A stretch of 64,000 nt of DNA from Waddliaceae bacterium (GCA_963771045.1 CAVYRW010000004.1:1600001-1664000), one strand, 5' to 3'; positions 43,328 to 54,866 are shown, numbered from the stretch's first letter. Made by a program: numbers and translations. The notes: generated by a model from the letters alone, not told the origin.

Positions 43328-44663
43328 CCCAACGATATCATCGGGCAGATATTTCCGATCGACCGCAAAGAAATAGGTGTAAGTTTCAAACCAGTTTTGT
43401 GAAATGACCAAATAACCATTTTTTCCCACGTTTCCCCAGGAATTTAACGCAAGCCAATGTGTGGGCTTTCCCTCCTCGTCTAACTTGACCCCGCAAAGCA
43501 GCATCCCATGATTCAAGCTGCTCTCGCAGGTATTGATGTTCTCTTCTTTTGTCATATTTAAAGAAATACCTAAAAGAGAGCTAAAATTATAAACATCTGC
43601 GTCCAAAATTCCAGATTGCTTGCAATGCTGCTGGAGGATATCGCAATTAAAAAAAACCGGATCCCCTCCCTTTATCGAATTAATAACTGAGGGAACAATG
43701 GATTCATAAGGCAAATTCAAGCTTGTTGACATCTCGCTTCCAGCCATAGATTTTCTCGATTTGTCACAAAAATATTTTTTGAAATAAGGGGTCCTCTTTA
43801 AAGGATAATTAACGATATAAATTTTATCATCCAGTTTATCCGGAACAAAAAACTTAAAGAAACAAACAGGGGTCGTCAGGCGGGAAGTCGTCGCAATGCC
43901 ATCCTTATAAACAAAATCAAAAGACTTCGGCGGCTTGCCCAAACACTGAACAAGACAATTATAGATCGTTTGAAGCATCTCTTTTTTGCGAGCATGAAGC
44001 TCCTCTTCCTGAGCTTTCACCCCCCCCCCTTTCCCTAAGCTCCAGGGTGAATTTTCTAAGCGTACGATTGAGAAGATGATTAAGGCTGTGCGAATCTCCG
44101 GTATGGCTTGTATCCGGCATTACTGACTTAGGAACAACTCCATATTTTTTGATTAACAAAACAAACGAATCCCATCGCGATCCTTCTTTAAACGGATTGA
44201 GCAGCAAACGCTGGACTTGAAGGTCATTAAAACCTTTATCCCTGAATTTAATCATCCTGTTTAGAAAAATGTTTGCTTTTTCAAATCTATCCCAAAACGA
44301 AAGATAGTTTATCGAAAGGTCAAAATCTTCCGGCAGATTATATTTAACGATTAGTTTAATCTTCAGATAACTCAAACCGGCATGCAGCCAGCAATTACCT
44401 GATGTTCCCTGATTGGAAGCTTTAGGGAGAAACCCGACGGTATGAGTGAATGTTTTGGGAGTTTTTTCCACTACCTCCCGGTTGAATGCCTGGGAGAAAA
44501 ATGTGCCGCAAGCGTCTTTTTTTTCAAGACTGCAGCTGTCACTGAATGCTCTAATAGCTGCTTTTGTTATACATCTGGCCCCATTCTCTTGTTTAATACG
44601 CTTCGGACTGGGAGCCTCAGGATCATTTTTAGGTCTATCGGCCTGCCGTTTCAAGGGTTGCAT
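43319..44663 (-). CDS. Papain-like C1B cysteine aminopeptidase (PepC/bleomycin hydrolase), frameshift at a 10-nt C/G tract
   Basis: NQGTSGNCW, KYGVVPK, HGMLLCG, NSWG..GKNGY; frame changes at 44020-44029. Confidence 0.85.
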
Positions 44664-44697
44664 GCAAACTATCCTTGTACTCAAAAAAACATGGATA

Positions 44698-46017
44698 CTA
44701 ATTTTTAATGAGAGCCAGCCTCTGAGATCCCGGAGCCAGTTTTTCGCCAATTCTGATCGCCGACATCACCGCACTCTCATGGGAATCGTTATCATAAGTC
44801 CAATTACCCGCAAACCATAAATTGCGGTTTCCCTGCACCATGCCCACAGCTTTTTGCACTAAAAAATAGGTCAGATCGGCAATAGGATGGTCATAAGCCG
44901 CCAAAGCATACAAGTTCTCCGGAACGGGTTCTCCACGATCTCCCGGAGCCCGCACATCGAAGGTCAGCCAGGACTTAAAAATCGGCGTGCCGCTCAACCA
45001 TTTCTTGTAAACTGTATTCGCGCTGTTCACCCCGTCATAACGGATGTTCACCACTCTCCAGTCATCGGGATCCGGAGGCATGAACCTGGGATCGCCGTGA
45101 ATGGCGATCGTCGTTCGGAAGTAGCGGACTTTCCCTAAAATCGAGCGGATATCTTCAGCTTCGGGAATCTCTTTCAGAAGCTTCCCGGCGTCGCTCGCGT
45201 TGGCCGCGATCACCAAATGATCGAACTCTGTCGTAGTTCCATCTTCTTCAACGACGATATATCCATCGGGGCCATAAAGAATTCGTTCAATCCTAGCTGA
45301 AAGCTTGACATCAGTGGTCTTCAGCTGCTTTCTGAGAGCCCTGATATACGCGCTCGTGCCCCCCACGATCTCATACCACTCGTAATCCTTTTCCTGTTCC
45401 CCCAAGATGATGTACTTCAATGCATCATAAGCTGCAAACTCCTTAATCTGCTCGGCAGAGACGCCCCAGCCGGCTGCAAGAAAAGGGATGAGAAAATCCC
45501 GCTTGAATCCCTTAGTTAAATGGAACCCTTCCACAAAGTCTCCGAAGGAAATTCCTGTATCGCGAATTTCGACCAACCGCTTCCCTTCCTCGATCACGTA
45601 GCTAAACTGCAACAGGTCGAAAACATCTCCGACAGACTCCCACTCGATTTTACCGTTATGATACGGCGGAAGGATCACCACCTCGCTGCCATCCGTCTTG
45701 TAATATGTCGTGACAAGGGTAAACGGGTTGACAGGCACATTCAAAATTCTCAAAAGATTGAAAAGATGAGGGAACTGTTTTTTCGCGATAAACTCGAATC
45801 CCGCATCTATCGGAACCGTTTCTCCATTCACCTCGACATCAACCGTATTGGCATGCCCGCCGAGCCTGCCCTGCTTTTCAAAAAGGATGACTTCGTGATC
45901 CCCTTCCAGAAGCCACGCCGACGTCAGGCCGGAGCCTCCCCCGCCGATGATGCCGATCCTTTCTCCATAAAGGGAGAAGGCAAGAAATAGACTGATAATC
46001 GCTGCTACAACTTTCAT
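44698..46017 (-). CDS. FAD-dependent oxidoreductase (amine oxidase-like) with signal peptide
   Basis: IIGGGGSGLTSAW, FEKQGRLGGHA, DAGF, WFAG..HESAVMSA. Confidence 0.85.
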   Translation of the reverse strand: MKVVAAIISLFLAFSLYGERIGIIGGGGSGLTSAWLLEGDHEVILFEKQGRLGGHANTVDVEVNGETVPIDAGFEFIAKKQFPHLFNLLRILNVPVNPFTLVTTYYKTDGSEVVILPPYHNGKIEWESVGDVFDLLQFSYVIEEGKRLVEIRDTGISFGDFVEGFHLTKGFKRDFLIPFLAAGWGVSAEQIKEFAAYDALKYIILGEQEKDYEWYEIVGGTSAYIRALRKQLKTTDVKLSARIERILYGPDGYIVVEEDGTTTEFDHLVIAANASDAGKLLKEIPEAEDIRSILGKVRYFRTTIAIHGDPRFMPPDPDDWRVVNIRYDGVNSANTVYKKWLSGTPIFKSWLTFDVRAPGDRGEPVPENLYALAAYDHPIADLTYFLVQKAVGMVQGNRNLWFAGNWTYDNDSHESAVMSAIRIGEKLAPGSQRLALIKN

Positions 46018-46026
46018 AACCCGCCA

Positions 46027-46833
46027 TTATAACAAATGTTGATAATTATAGAAAGCCGCTTTTAAAAATCCCGCCACCTCTTCGGAAGGGATTGCATCAT
46101 CTGGATCATTTTCACTCAAAGCATAGCTTTTTAGATAATTATCCGAGACCACGTTTTTCCAGAAATTGCGCTTAAAATGCGGATACTTCTTCAAAAACGC
46201 CTTCATTTCTCCATATGTCGGGCTCACGCTTTCTATGTTTTCCCCTTCCTTGAAGTAATTGAGCCATCCCTCAAAGGATTGTTTCACCTCGAGCGGAAGC
46301 TTTTGCAAATCTTCCGCAGGCAAATTCGGCAGATTTTTCACCATCTGCACATACTCTTCGGGGGCTTTTTCCCAGTACTTCGGCTGCCACTCTTCAGCAT
46401 AGTCCAAAAATTTTGCAAACATCGCCGGATCGATCTTCCTTGGAAAGTAGATATCGCCCACCTGCCTTTTCCACGTATGATAGCGGAACAACACCTCCGG
46501 CGGCGCCTGAACAAAATTACCTGCCAATTCCGGCTCCAGACTCACCTTGCCGAGATACTGAAACGCCGGCAAATACCCTGACTTCACCTGTGCGCTTGCC
46601 CTCATATACCGCGGGTTTTGCCACAAAAACACCGAAAACTGCCGATTCGTCACCCTATTGAAAGGGCTCTTGCAAACTTTTTCTTCAAGATATTTTTTCA
46701 ATCCCCACTGCAGTCCCAAGATACAGCCAGCAACAACCAGCAGGATCCCCAGCCAGATAAAAAAAGGCTTCGGATTTTTACCGAAGCTCTCATTGATCAG
46801 CTTATTGTCCTTAATACCCATAATAGGCCACAA
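46027..46833 (-). CDS. Hypothetical membrane-anchored protein
   Basis: N-terminal TM helix; sits in operon context. Confidence 0.65.
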   Translation of the reverse strand: MWPIMGIKDNKLINESFGKNPKPFFIWLGILLVVAGCILGLQWGLKKYLEEKVCKSPFNRVTNRQFSVFLWQNPRYMRASAQVKSGYLPAFQYLGKVSLEPELAGNFVQAPPEVLFRYHTWKRQVGDIYFPRKIDPAMFAKFLDYAEEWQPKYWEKAPEEYVQMVKNLPNLPAEDLQKLPLEVKQSFEGWLNYFKEGENIESVSPTYGEMKAFLKKYPHFKRNFWKNVVSDNYLKSYALSENDPDDAIPSEEVAGFLKAAFYNYQHLL

Positions 46834-47761
46834 ACGTTACATAATCGGTTCTCTGCCTGCTGAACTGCCCTTCCAGCGAGAAGCCGTTGTGGTACTCCAT
46901 ATACAGACGCACTTTCTTGTAGTCGCAGTAGAGCCTTGACCACTCGTAACCGAATACGAACGTTCCGTCGAACTTGTAGTGATTGTCTTCTCTGCTTCGA
47001 AAAAACGCCCCGGCAAACGGCCGTCCCAGCACAGAGCTTCTTGGCAGATACCACCTGAAAGGAAAGTAAAAATCGAACCCGTACTCGAAATACAATCGCC
47101 TATACGGGAACGTTTCATCGCGCCTAGCGATAATGCCTGCTCCCGCGTAGAGTCTTGTGTCGCAATTCGGCACCCACGAAACAAAGAAGTCGACGAATTC
47201 CGAGCTTGGGTTTCTTCTGTCGAAGCCCTCGTTTTCCATTAGAAACTCATCGCCCAAATGCGAAGAAATATGAAAGAACCTCAGCCTGAAAGCCCAGCAC
47301 TTGTAGGCGTACGTGATGGGGATAGCCACATAGTAGTCGGCGTTTACAAGCGGCGCCGACTCCCTTGTTTGCTGGAAGATGGCCCACACATTCCCTTCGA
47401 TACCGATATCTAGCACTCCTCCCCGGCAAAACGGGTTGCAGAACCTCACCAGACCCGCATAGTCGCCGAAAGAGACAGGCCCCGAGTTATCCGACGGGCT
47501 GTCCGGCCCGAACCCGTGGTCATTGCCGACATGTTTAATGACCTGGTCATAGAGGCGCCATCCCGCCGACATTCCCACCTTTCTTGGATCGGCGAGAAAA
47601 GGGGGCATCAACGGCCCGCTAGCGGGCAGAGCTCTAACGCAGCGTCTCCCGCAAATCCTTGTTGCATGGCAATTATTGCAGCAGCAGTTATCACACTCGC
47701 TTCCATAAGCCAAAGCCGCGGACAGCAAAAAGATCCCAATCAGATAACGCATTTCCCCCAC
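46811..47761 (-). CDS. DUF1207 family exported protein
   Basis: LADPR, LVNADY, HISSHLGDEF, EYHNGFSLEGQF. Confidence 0.8.
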   Translation of the reverse strand: MGEMRYLIGIFLLSAALAYGSECDNCCCNNCHATRICGRRCVRALPASGPLMPPFLADPRKVGMSAGWRLYDQVIKHVGNDHGFGPDSPSDNSGPVSFGDYAGLVRFCNPFCRGGVLDIGIEGNVWAIFQQTRESAPLVNADYYVAIPITYAYKCWAFRLRFFHISSHLGDEFLMENEGFDRRNPSSEFVDFFVSWVPNCDTRLYAGAGIIARRDETFPYRRLYFEYGFDFYFPFRWYLPRSSVLGRPFAGAFFRSREDNHYKFDGTFVFGYEWSRLYCDYKKVRLYMEYHNGFSLEGQFSRQRTDYVTFVAYYGY

Positions 47762-47884
47762 CCAGAAGTTATATGTTCAAACAAATATCTATACTCATAC
47801 TCTTATTTTTTAGCAAGAGACCACTCTCCCGCAGGAATTTACTTGATTTTTACCTCAAATTTAGGATAATAATAGTCTTCCCAC

Positions 47885-47957
47885 GGGGCAGTAGCTCAGC
47901 GGTTAGAGCTGCGGACTCATAATCCGTAGGTCGCAGGTTCGATTCCTGCCTGCCCCA
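47885..47957 (+). tRNA. tRNA with CAT anticodon (Ile2 or elongator Met)
   Basis: Cloverleaf: acceptor GGGGCAG/CTGCCCC, D arm AGCTCAGCGGTTAGAGC, anticodon arm GCGGA-CTCATAA-TCCGT, T arm GGTTCGATTCC; paired G1-C72 argues against initiator tRNA. Confidence 0.95.
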
Positions 47958-48113
47958 ATCTTATTCAGTGCATTCAAGGGCATTTCAGCTTGATAGACAA
48001 CAACTTTCAAGTTATGCATTTACCCTCGCGGTGCAATGGCGGTGCAGCAAAGAAATGTCTTACCAGCACCATCTAAGTCGCTCGAACCAAAACTTAACAA
48101 AAAGAGGTTTGAG

Positions 48114-49185
48114 ATGGCATCCATCTTCCAAAGAACGAACAAGGACGGTACCAAAGTCTGGCGGGCCGTCATCCGGATTAAAGGCCACCCCACAGTTTGC
48201 GATCACTTTCGACCGAAAGCAAGAAGCCCAAGATTGGGCGAATGAAACCGAACGGCAAATCAAGCTCGGCCGATACAATTTTGCCAAGCATGACCAAAAG
48301 AAGACGCTCGCCGACCTGATCGACCGATACATTGACGACGGCGTTCTCGACCACCATAAAGCCGCCAAGGATACCCGGCGACACCTCGATTATTTTAAAT
48401 CCCGGCTGGGAAAATATGCCCTCAACTTCCTTACCCCTGAGCTACTGATCGACGAAAGAAAAAAACTTTTGCAAACCCCAACTGAAAGAAGCACAAACCG
48501 GAGCCCCTCACAGTTAACAGATACATGTCATCAATGAGCGGGGTCCTTCGATATGCCTGTCGAAATTTACGCTGGATCAACGAAAACCCCTGCTCAAATC
48601 TCGTCAAACTTAAAGAAAACCCCAAAGAGCGCCGGACTCTATCAGAAGATGAGGCCGTACGCCTTCTGGCCGCCTGCAAAAAGAGCAAAAACCGCTATTT
48701 ATTCGCCATCACGCTGCTGGCAATGACGACCAGGCGCGCGCAAGGGAGAAATTCTTTACTAACTTGGGATCGCATGGATTTTGAACAAGCGATTCGCCCA
48801 CATTAGAGACTCCAAAAACGGCAAACCCCGAAGGGTCGGCCTTGTCGATTCAGTCCTCAAAGAACTCAAAAAGTTATTTAATGATCGCGATCCGGCAAAA
48901 CCTCTTGTTTTCGCCAGCAAAACAGCCTTCGGAAAAATCGACACCAAAAAGGCATGGAATAGAGCTCTCCAAGACGCCGGCATCAAAGACTTCGTCTTCC
49001 ACGGCTTGCGTCATAACTTTTGTTCAATTGGAGGAGAAATTGGAGCATCGGGCATACATCTTCGAACTCAATTGGGGCATTCATCGTCGAGCATGACGGA
49101 TCACTATTCACATTTGGACGCCGAGTCGACAAGATACATCGGCGAGTCAATTGAAAATCGTTTATTAGGAGGAAATCATGATTGA
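48114..49185 (+). CDS. Tyrosine integrase, several frameshifts
   Basis: MASIFQR..WRAVIR arm domain; ENPC; SKNG; FHGLRH..LGH..HYSH. Confidence 0.9.
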
Positions 49186-50190
49186 GCCTTTGGCAAAAAT
49201 TAAAGAAATTATCAACGATTTGCAGAATGGAATTGATCGAAAAAAACAAATCAGAGATCAAATTGTGCAAGACAATCCAGGATTGCAGGAATCACCCGCT
49301 GAAAAATGGAAGAAAGAAAAATCGAGGTGCCTGATCCATGCGGCGACTGATGTTTGGGAATTAATAGAACTTGAATGTCGCCACCCTTATCCTCCCCTAT
49401 CTGAAATGGCTGGCATGAACGCAAAAGAATGCGTTGCCTATTGGCGTGAGTGGCTCGAGCAAACCGAAGCATATTATGAACCATTTGAGGATTTTGAATT
49501 TGATGAACCTTTGAAAAATGAAACCTTAAGAGAATTTATCATTAGAATGGTTGAAACTGTGGAAGCCGAGGGAATTGACTCCAGATTGGAATGGCGAGCA
49601 CTAAAAAGCTTTTTAAATTATTTGAGACAAATCAACCACAAAGAATGGGCATTTATTGAGCATCTTTTCCCCAAAAAAATGGATATTTTTGATAAGAGGA
49701 TAATCAGAAAAGTCCCGCCCGAAATATACCCAATTTCTGAGATTCTAGTTGGGAAAATCATTCAAGAACTCATGAATATGACACTCAATGACCGCCCAAA
49801 TGCCCAACATACCGCCGCTAAGCCTTAGGATTATCATGGGTTTGTCTTACTACTGCCCGATTGCGATTATCCGTTCATTTGAAAACAAAGCTCTATTTTA
49901 TTTCATCCGAAGCAATCACTTTGAAAGAGAATATTCCCTATCTTTCAGTGCCGACATTATTCGGAGATCAAAAGATAAGAATATCTCATAGACTGGCCGA
50001 ATATCTTCTTGAGATTTCTATGATACCCTCGGAAAATTCTCGGCAAACCATTTTTCAAAAGCCATATAGAAGTTTAACCCGAACTTTTGAAAGAGCCCTC
50101 AAAAGAGTCAATGCTAACCCGGATCTTAGAAATATCACTTTCTTAACATTTCTCAGTGAACCGCATCCTTTTGAAATATACGATAGATAA
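49178..50190 (+). CDS. Hypothetical island protein (frameshift near 49820)
   Basis: ORFs 49178-49828 and 49861-50190 join through ALGLSWVCLTTARLR. Confidence 0.6.
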
Positions 50191-50320
50191 CTTCTTATCA
50201 TTCTATTTTTCAATAGGTTAGTCATTGTTTTCAAAACTGTCCACCACCGTGCCGACGCGATTTAGCCGGATTGATTCACAATAAGCGCAAATCAATTTTA
50301 ACTCATATGAGGAGGCGCTT

Positions 50321-50530
50321 ATAAGCGAGTATCAATATCTGACCGTTAAACAAATTTCCGAGAGTGACCGATACCCTTTTACTTTTGGGCAAATTCGCCA
50401 TTACTTATTGATGCGGCATCGAAATGGATTAGAAAGCTCGGTCCGAAAAATTGGAAAACGCATCTACCTGAGAAGCGACTTATTCGAGAAATGGATCGAG
50501 TCTCAATCAAAGGAAGGAGGGCAAGCATGA
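50321..50530 (+). CDS. Excisionase/AlpA-like HTH protein (ATA at the start position)
   Basis: SEYQYLTVKQISE..VRKIGKRIYLRSDLFEKWIE; RBS GAGGAGG upstream; stop overlaps the next ATG. Confidence 0.7.
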   Translation: MSEYQYLTVKQISESDRYPFTFGQIRHYLLMRHRNGLESSVRKIGKRIYLRSDLFEKWIESQSKEGGQA

Positions 50531-50837
50531 GAAACTTCCAATCACATTTAAACGCAACCAAAATAAAAGAGCACATAAATCCATATGACTTTTATTTAAG
50601 AGAGCAAGATTTGTGTCGCTTCGGATATCGTTCAAGCTCATGGGTCGTGGCAGGCCTATGTCCTTTCCACGAAGATAAACGAGCCGGATCATTCAAAATA
50701 AACGTTGAAACGGGCGCATTTCAATGCTGGTCCTGCGAGCTAGTGGCGGTGATATAATAACCTTCCTGCAAAAACGAGATGATCTTGATTTTCTGGAGAC
50801 TCTGAGAAAACTTTCAAATGAATGGGGGGTACGATAA
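50527..50837 (+). CDS. CHC2 zinc-finger primase domain protein (frameshifted)
   Basis: GLCPFHED..SFKIN..FQCWSC..GGDII.F. Confidence 0.85.
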
Positions 50838-52903
50838 TGCCCAGCATGGATAGCTTTTCTAAAATTCAAAATCATATGCCAGGTTATAAGTATCACTGGA
50901 TATATGTTGATCACGGTATACCCGTTATGACAGTCGCAAGATACGATCAAAACAAAAATAAAACATATCGGCAATTCATTCTGGATGACAATGAATGGGT
51001 CGAGGGGATGCCCCCATCCCCTTACCCCCTTTTCGGACTCCATTCGCTGAAAAATATTTACTCCCCTCAAATCTCTTTTCATCACTGAAGGAGAAAAATG
51101 CGCCAGCTTGCTTCATCAACTTAGATGGCCTTCAATTTCAACAGCATTAGGAGCCCAGAATCCCGGTAGTTCAGATTGGAATCCTACCAGATATTATACC
51201 CAATTCATTATTTTACGTGATAATGACAAGGCAGGTATATCCTTTAGTCGACAGGTTTCATCTGAAATTAGGAGGATTAATCATGACGCTGAAATTTTTG
51301 TAGTCAATCTAACACCTGAAATAAGCGGTGGAGATCTAGTTGATTGGCTTCAATCCACCGTTCTGAGGGGTCAGAATTGGGATGGATTTGAGCCGATTCC
51401 TCAAAATATGGTTGAAGCGGTTAAAACAGCTTGTGAAAATGAAATCCGGGAAAATCTGATAAATGTTGAAGACTGTCAAGAAGTAGACTATAAACCCATC
51501 GAAGCTCATTTTGAGAACGCTCCTCAGAAATTAATAATTGATTTGAGGCCGGTTCCAGAATTCCCCACTAACATTTTCCCGGAAAAAATAAGTCAATTTT
51601 TAGAAAAAACCTCAGCACAATTCTCTCAAGTCACAGATTTTGCGGCCACGACCCTCATTGCATCAGTCGGTGGTTTAATAGGTCGATCGGTTCACCTTCG
51701 TATGCGCCGATGTGATACATGGTATGAAACTGCAAACTGCTGGGCGATATTAGTCGGTCCGCCATCAGCAAAGAAAAGCCCTATAATGAGAAGAATTTTT
51801 CATTTATTCAAAAAGCTAGAGAAACAGGCAGCAGAAGAATTTGCCGACTCCAGCAAAACCTACAGAATTAAAAAACGAGAGGCGGAACAATCGAAGGAGG
51901 ACTTTGATGATCCCCCTCCGATTCGTCGAAGGTATATAACCGATGACGTCACTACGCCAAAGTTGCGTGAATTAATGTCAGGAAACCCACGAGGAATCAT
52001 ACTTCGAAACGATGAGTTGAAAGGGCAGCTGGAACGACTCGACAAAATCGGAAACGAAGGTGACCGATCATTTTATATGAGTTGTTGGTCCGGACTGGAA
52101 GAATACAATGAAGACAGAATGTGTCGCGACTCTCTTATAAATATCCCCCTCGCTCTTACTTGGATCGGATGTATACCTCAAACAGCCATTCAGCGATATC
52201 TACGACAAGCAATGAGCCATGGTAGTGGTGCTGATGGGTTTATGCAAAGATTTCAATTTATTTGCTTCCCGATCGAAAAAAAGTTTTCGAACTGTCTAAA
52301 GAGCCCGTGCCAAATGAACTGAAAATCGAAATTCAACAAATTTGGGAGAAGCTCGATAACGATGCAAAAAATTCAAATCGGATTTTAAATTTTAGCGAAG
52401 AAGCTCAGACGTTATTTAACGTCTGGCTGATAAAACACGAAAACAATACCCGATCAGGATGCCATCCAACCTATTGGGAAAGCCACCTCGGCAAGCAAGC
52501 AAAAGCGCTAGCCGTCCTGATTATTATCCTTCATCGTCTTGATGAAATCATTTGAGAAAAAATTGAAGAAGAAGTGCAACCTGAAACATTCCAAAAAGTA
52601 TTAGAAGCTCTATCATATTACGAAGCCCATGCTCAAAGATGCTATGAAAGCATTGCGGGCGGAACAGTTGCCGACGCAGAAATCGTATTAACCCTATTGC
52701 GTGAAAAACGACTTCCAGAAAAATTCAAGGCACAGGATATTTACCATCAAGGACTCGGTGGACTATCGGACTCAAGCAGGGTCCGCTCCGCTCTTGAAAT
52801 GCTTTACGATTACGGCTGGCTGGTCCCTGAAAAGATTTCCGGTAACACAGGACGCAAAGCTGAATTTTGGATTTTACATCCAAGAGCCTTTAAGAAAGAT
52901 TAA
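50837..52903 (+). CDS. Toprim + DUF3987 (YfjI-like) primase-helicase, frameshifts and one in-frame stop
   Basis: YPLFG, TEGEKCA, DNDKAG, GDLVDW; LVGPPSAKKSP Walker A, DELKG, DGFMQRF. Confidence 0.8.
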
Positions 52904-52971
52904 TATTTACTCCCCATAAACCACAAAAACCACTTTCTGTGGTTTATGGGGGTACAAAAAAGGAGTCAATT

Positions 52972-53478
52972 ATGACCACTGAAAAGAAAATTGAAGCAAA
53001 TCGCAAAAATTCTCAAAAATCCACCGGTCCCAAAACCAAAAAAGGAAAAGAAATTTCATGTCAAAACTCAATCAAACATGGCCTCTTATCTAAAACCCTT
53101 GTGATTAAAGGAGAATCTTCAGATTCATATGAAGTCTTCAGGAATGGCGTATATGATGATCTTCAGCCAATGTCTGCAATGGAAACCCTCCTTGTGGAAA
53201 AACTAGTCAATTATGCTTGGAGATTGAGAAGAGCAGTTCAAGCCGAAACAATCCTATTGGAAGATGGATTAAACGATCAGTGGTCTTCAAAAAAGCTAGA
53301 CTCATTCTTTAGTGGTTTTGAAGCCAAAAAAATCCAGAATATCAGCCGTTATGAGTCTACGATTGAAAAGCATTTTTACCGCTCCCTCAAAGAGCTTCGT
53401 GAGATTCAACAAATTCGAAAAGAATCGGAACAGACCAGAGATGACGATCACTTGTTTGGATTTGGCTTCGTTTCGTAA
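52972..53478 (+). CDS. Hypothetical protein of the 'ANRxNAxxSTGPKT..N..KHGL' family
   Basis: MTTEKKIEANRKNSQKSTGPKT..NSIKHGL..WRLRRA..RYE. Confidence 0.7.
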   Translation: MTTEKKIEANRKNSQKSTGPKTKKGKEISCQNSIKHGLLSKTLVIKGESSDSYEVFRNGVYDDLQPMSAMETLLVEKLVNYAWRLRRAVQAETILLEDGLNDQWSSKKLDSFFSGFEAKKIQNISRYESTIEKHFYRSLKELREIQQIRKESEQTRDDDHLFGFGFVS

Positions 53479-53496
53479 AAATGCATTTTTGCCAAA

Positions 53497-54095
53497 CTAA
53501 TCTTGGGTTTCGATTCTTTGCCGGCGTTCGTCTAAAGTTTCGCCATTATAAAGCCAATAAATTGGCCCTTGTACTTGAGGCGCCTTCCATCCCAATTCAC
53601 GCAGTAATTCTGAAGCGGCTGAACTTAAACTAGTTTGAACGCCCCGAAATCAATTACCTTTTCACTTACAACCTTGCAAGTTATTGCTTCGTTTCGAACG
53701 AACTGTAACTCTGCACCAATTGGAACCTTCGCAAGCGAAAAGCGGAAGGGTGGGCGTCTATCGGTAAACGCTTTTAGCTCAGATGTCATTTCAGATTCGA
53801 CCTGTTGGGTAATTTCTTCAACTGAAACGAGTTCCAAAACGGCCTTGACTCTGTTAGGGTCGACATGAAAAAACTCCCGATTTGATGGAACTCGTTGCTC
53901 ACCGAATGCAAAATGCAGCTGTTTTTCAACAAAGGCGGCATTTTCTACCCAAGCTGCAAAAAAGCACTCAAAGGGATATGGAACTGATGTTTTGAACAGA
54001 TCCCGCATACGTTGTTGTAAACTGGTCGATGTTCGACCGATTTTGACCAATCCTGGCATACACTCATTAGTCAGAATATAGATGATTTCTTTCAT
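53497..54095 (-). CDS. GIY-YIG (T5orf172) nuclease with C-terminal RAMA-like domain, frameshift near 53630
   Basis: IYILTN..PGLVKIGRT..R..L..TSVP..E..LH..REFF; alternate frame continues SAASELL..VQGPIYWLYNGETL. Confidence 0.8.
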
Positions 54096-54098
54096 TTT

Positions 54099-54866
54099 TC
54101 AATTTCCCATAGCTAAAGTCATATTTTGGTTATAAATGCAAAATGAACATTGATTAGAAAATTCAGGAATTGTTTCACTTTCGAGACATGATTTAATTTT
54201 CTTTAGAGTAGGCTGAACCCAGCAATCATTCCCCTCCCAAGGGATTAAAACTTTTTCAAAAATTAATTGATCATCAAAAGACTCACACTCTTTTAAAGCA
54301 TTAGCGAAGAGAAAATAACCAGTATTTGAAACCTCGAATCCATTTTTTCGAAAAAGCCATTGGTAGAACTCAAGCTGATTCACATAGCTGATCAAATAAC
54401 GATCTGTCTGATAAATCTGACCATTCTTTTTTCTTTTAGGCTCAAGGGTAATCTTCCCGGTCGTCGCTTTTGCCTTGTAATCCACAATTACGATCTCCCC
54501 GGATGGCAGTTCCCAAATATCATCGATTGCCCCATACAGCAAGAAATTAGTCTCAGGATCAAGATATTGTATCCCCCTTCTATTATTTCGCCAGGTCTCA
54601 ATCTCAGGATGGGAAAATGGAATGGCATTTACCCCCATACATTGGATGAATGGATGAACACTCTTAGAAGTCCGGTACTTGTCAAACTCCCTCTTTAATA
54701 GAGCGTCAACTGCATTGTTCAATGTGAACGGCGCACCTGAAGGTTGAGAGATACCCAACTTGCGATCAAGGTAAAAACATCTAGGACACTGTAGATACAG
54801 TTCTATCTTGGATCGGCTTAACTTAAAGCACTCATTTGAGTTATGCTTATATAATTTTTTTTTCAT
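54099..54866 (-). CDS. PD-(D/E)XK nuclease, RecB/AddB/Cas4-like
   Basis: LSRSKIELYLQCPRCF, GAIDD..IVDYK, QLEFY, C-terminal CSFC. Confidence 0.85.
   Translation of the reverse strand: MKKKLYKHNSNECFKLSRSKIELYLQCPRCFYLDRKLGISQPSGAPFTLNNAVDALLKREFDKYRTSKSVHPFIQCMGVNAIPFSHPEIETWRNNRRGIQYLDPETNFLLYGAIDDIWELPSGEIVIVDYKAKATTGKITLEPKRKKNGQIYQTDRYLISYVNQLEFYQWLFRKNGFEVSNTGYFLFANALKECESFDDQLIFEKVLIPWEGNDCWVQPTLKKIKSCLESETIPEFSNQCSFCIYNQNMTLAMGN

Noticed and set aside
54099..54866. True cas4 belonging to the CRISPR remnant
   Set aside because: Type I-F systems lack Cas4, there is no cas1, and the gene lies inside the island while the repeats lie outside attR.
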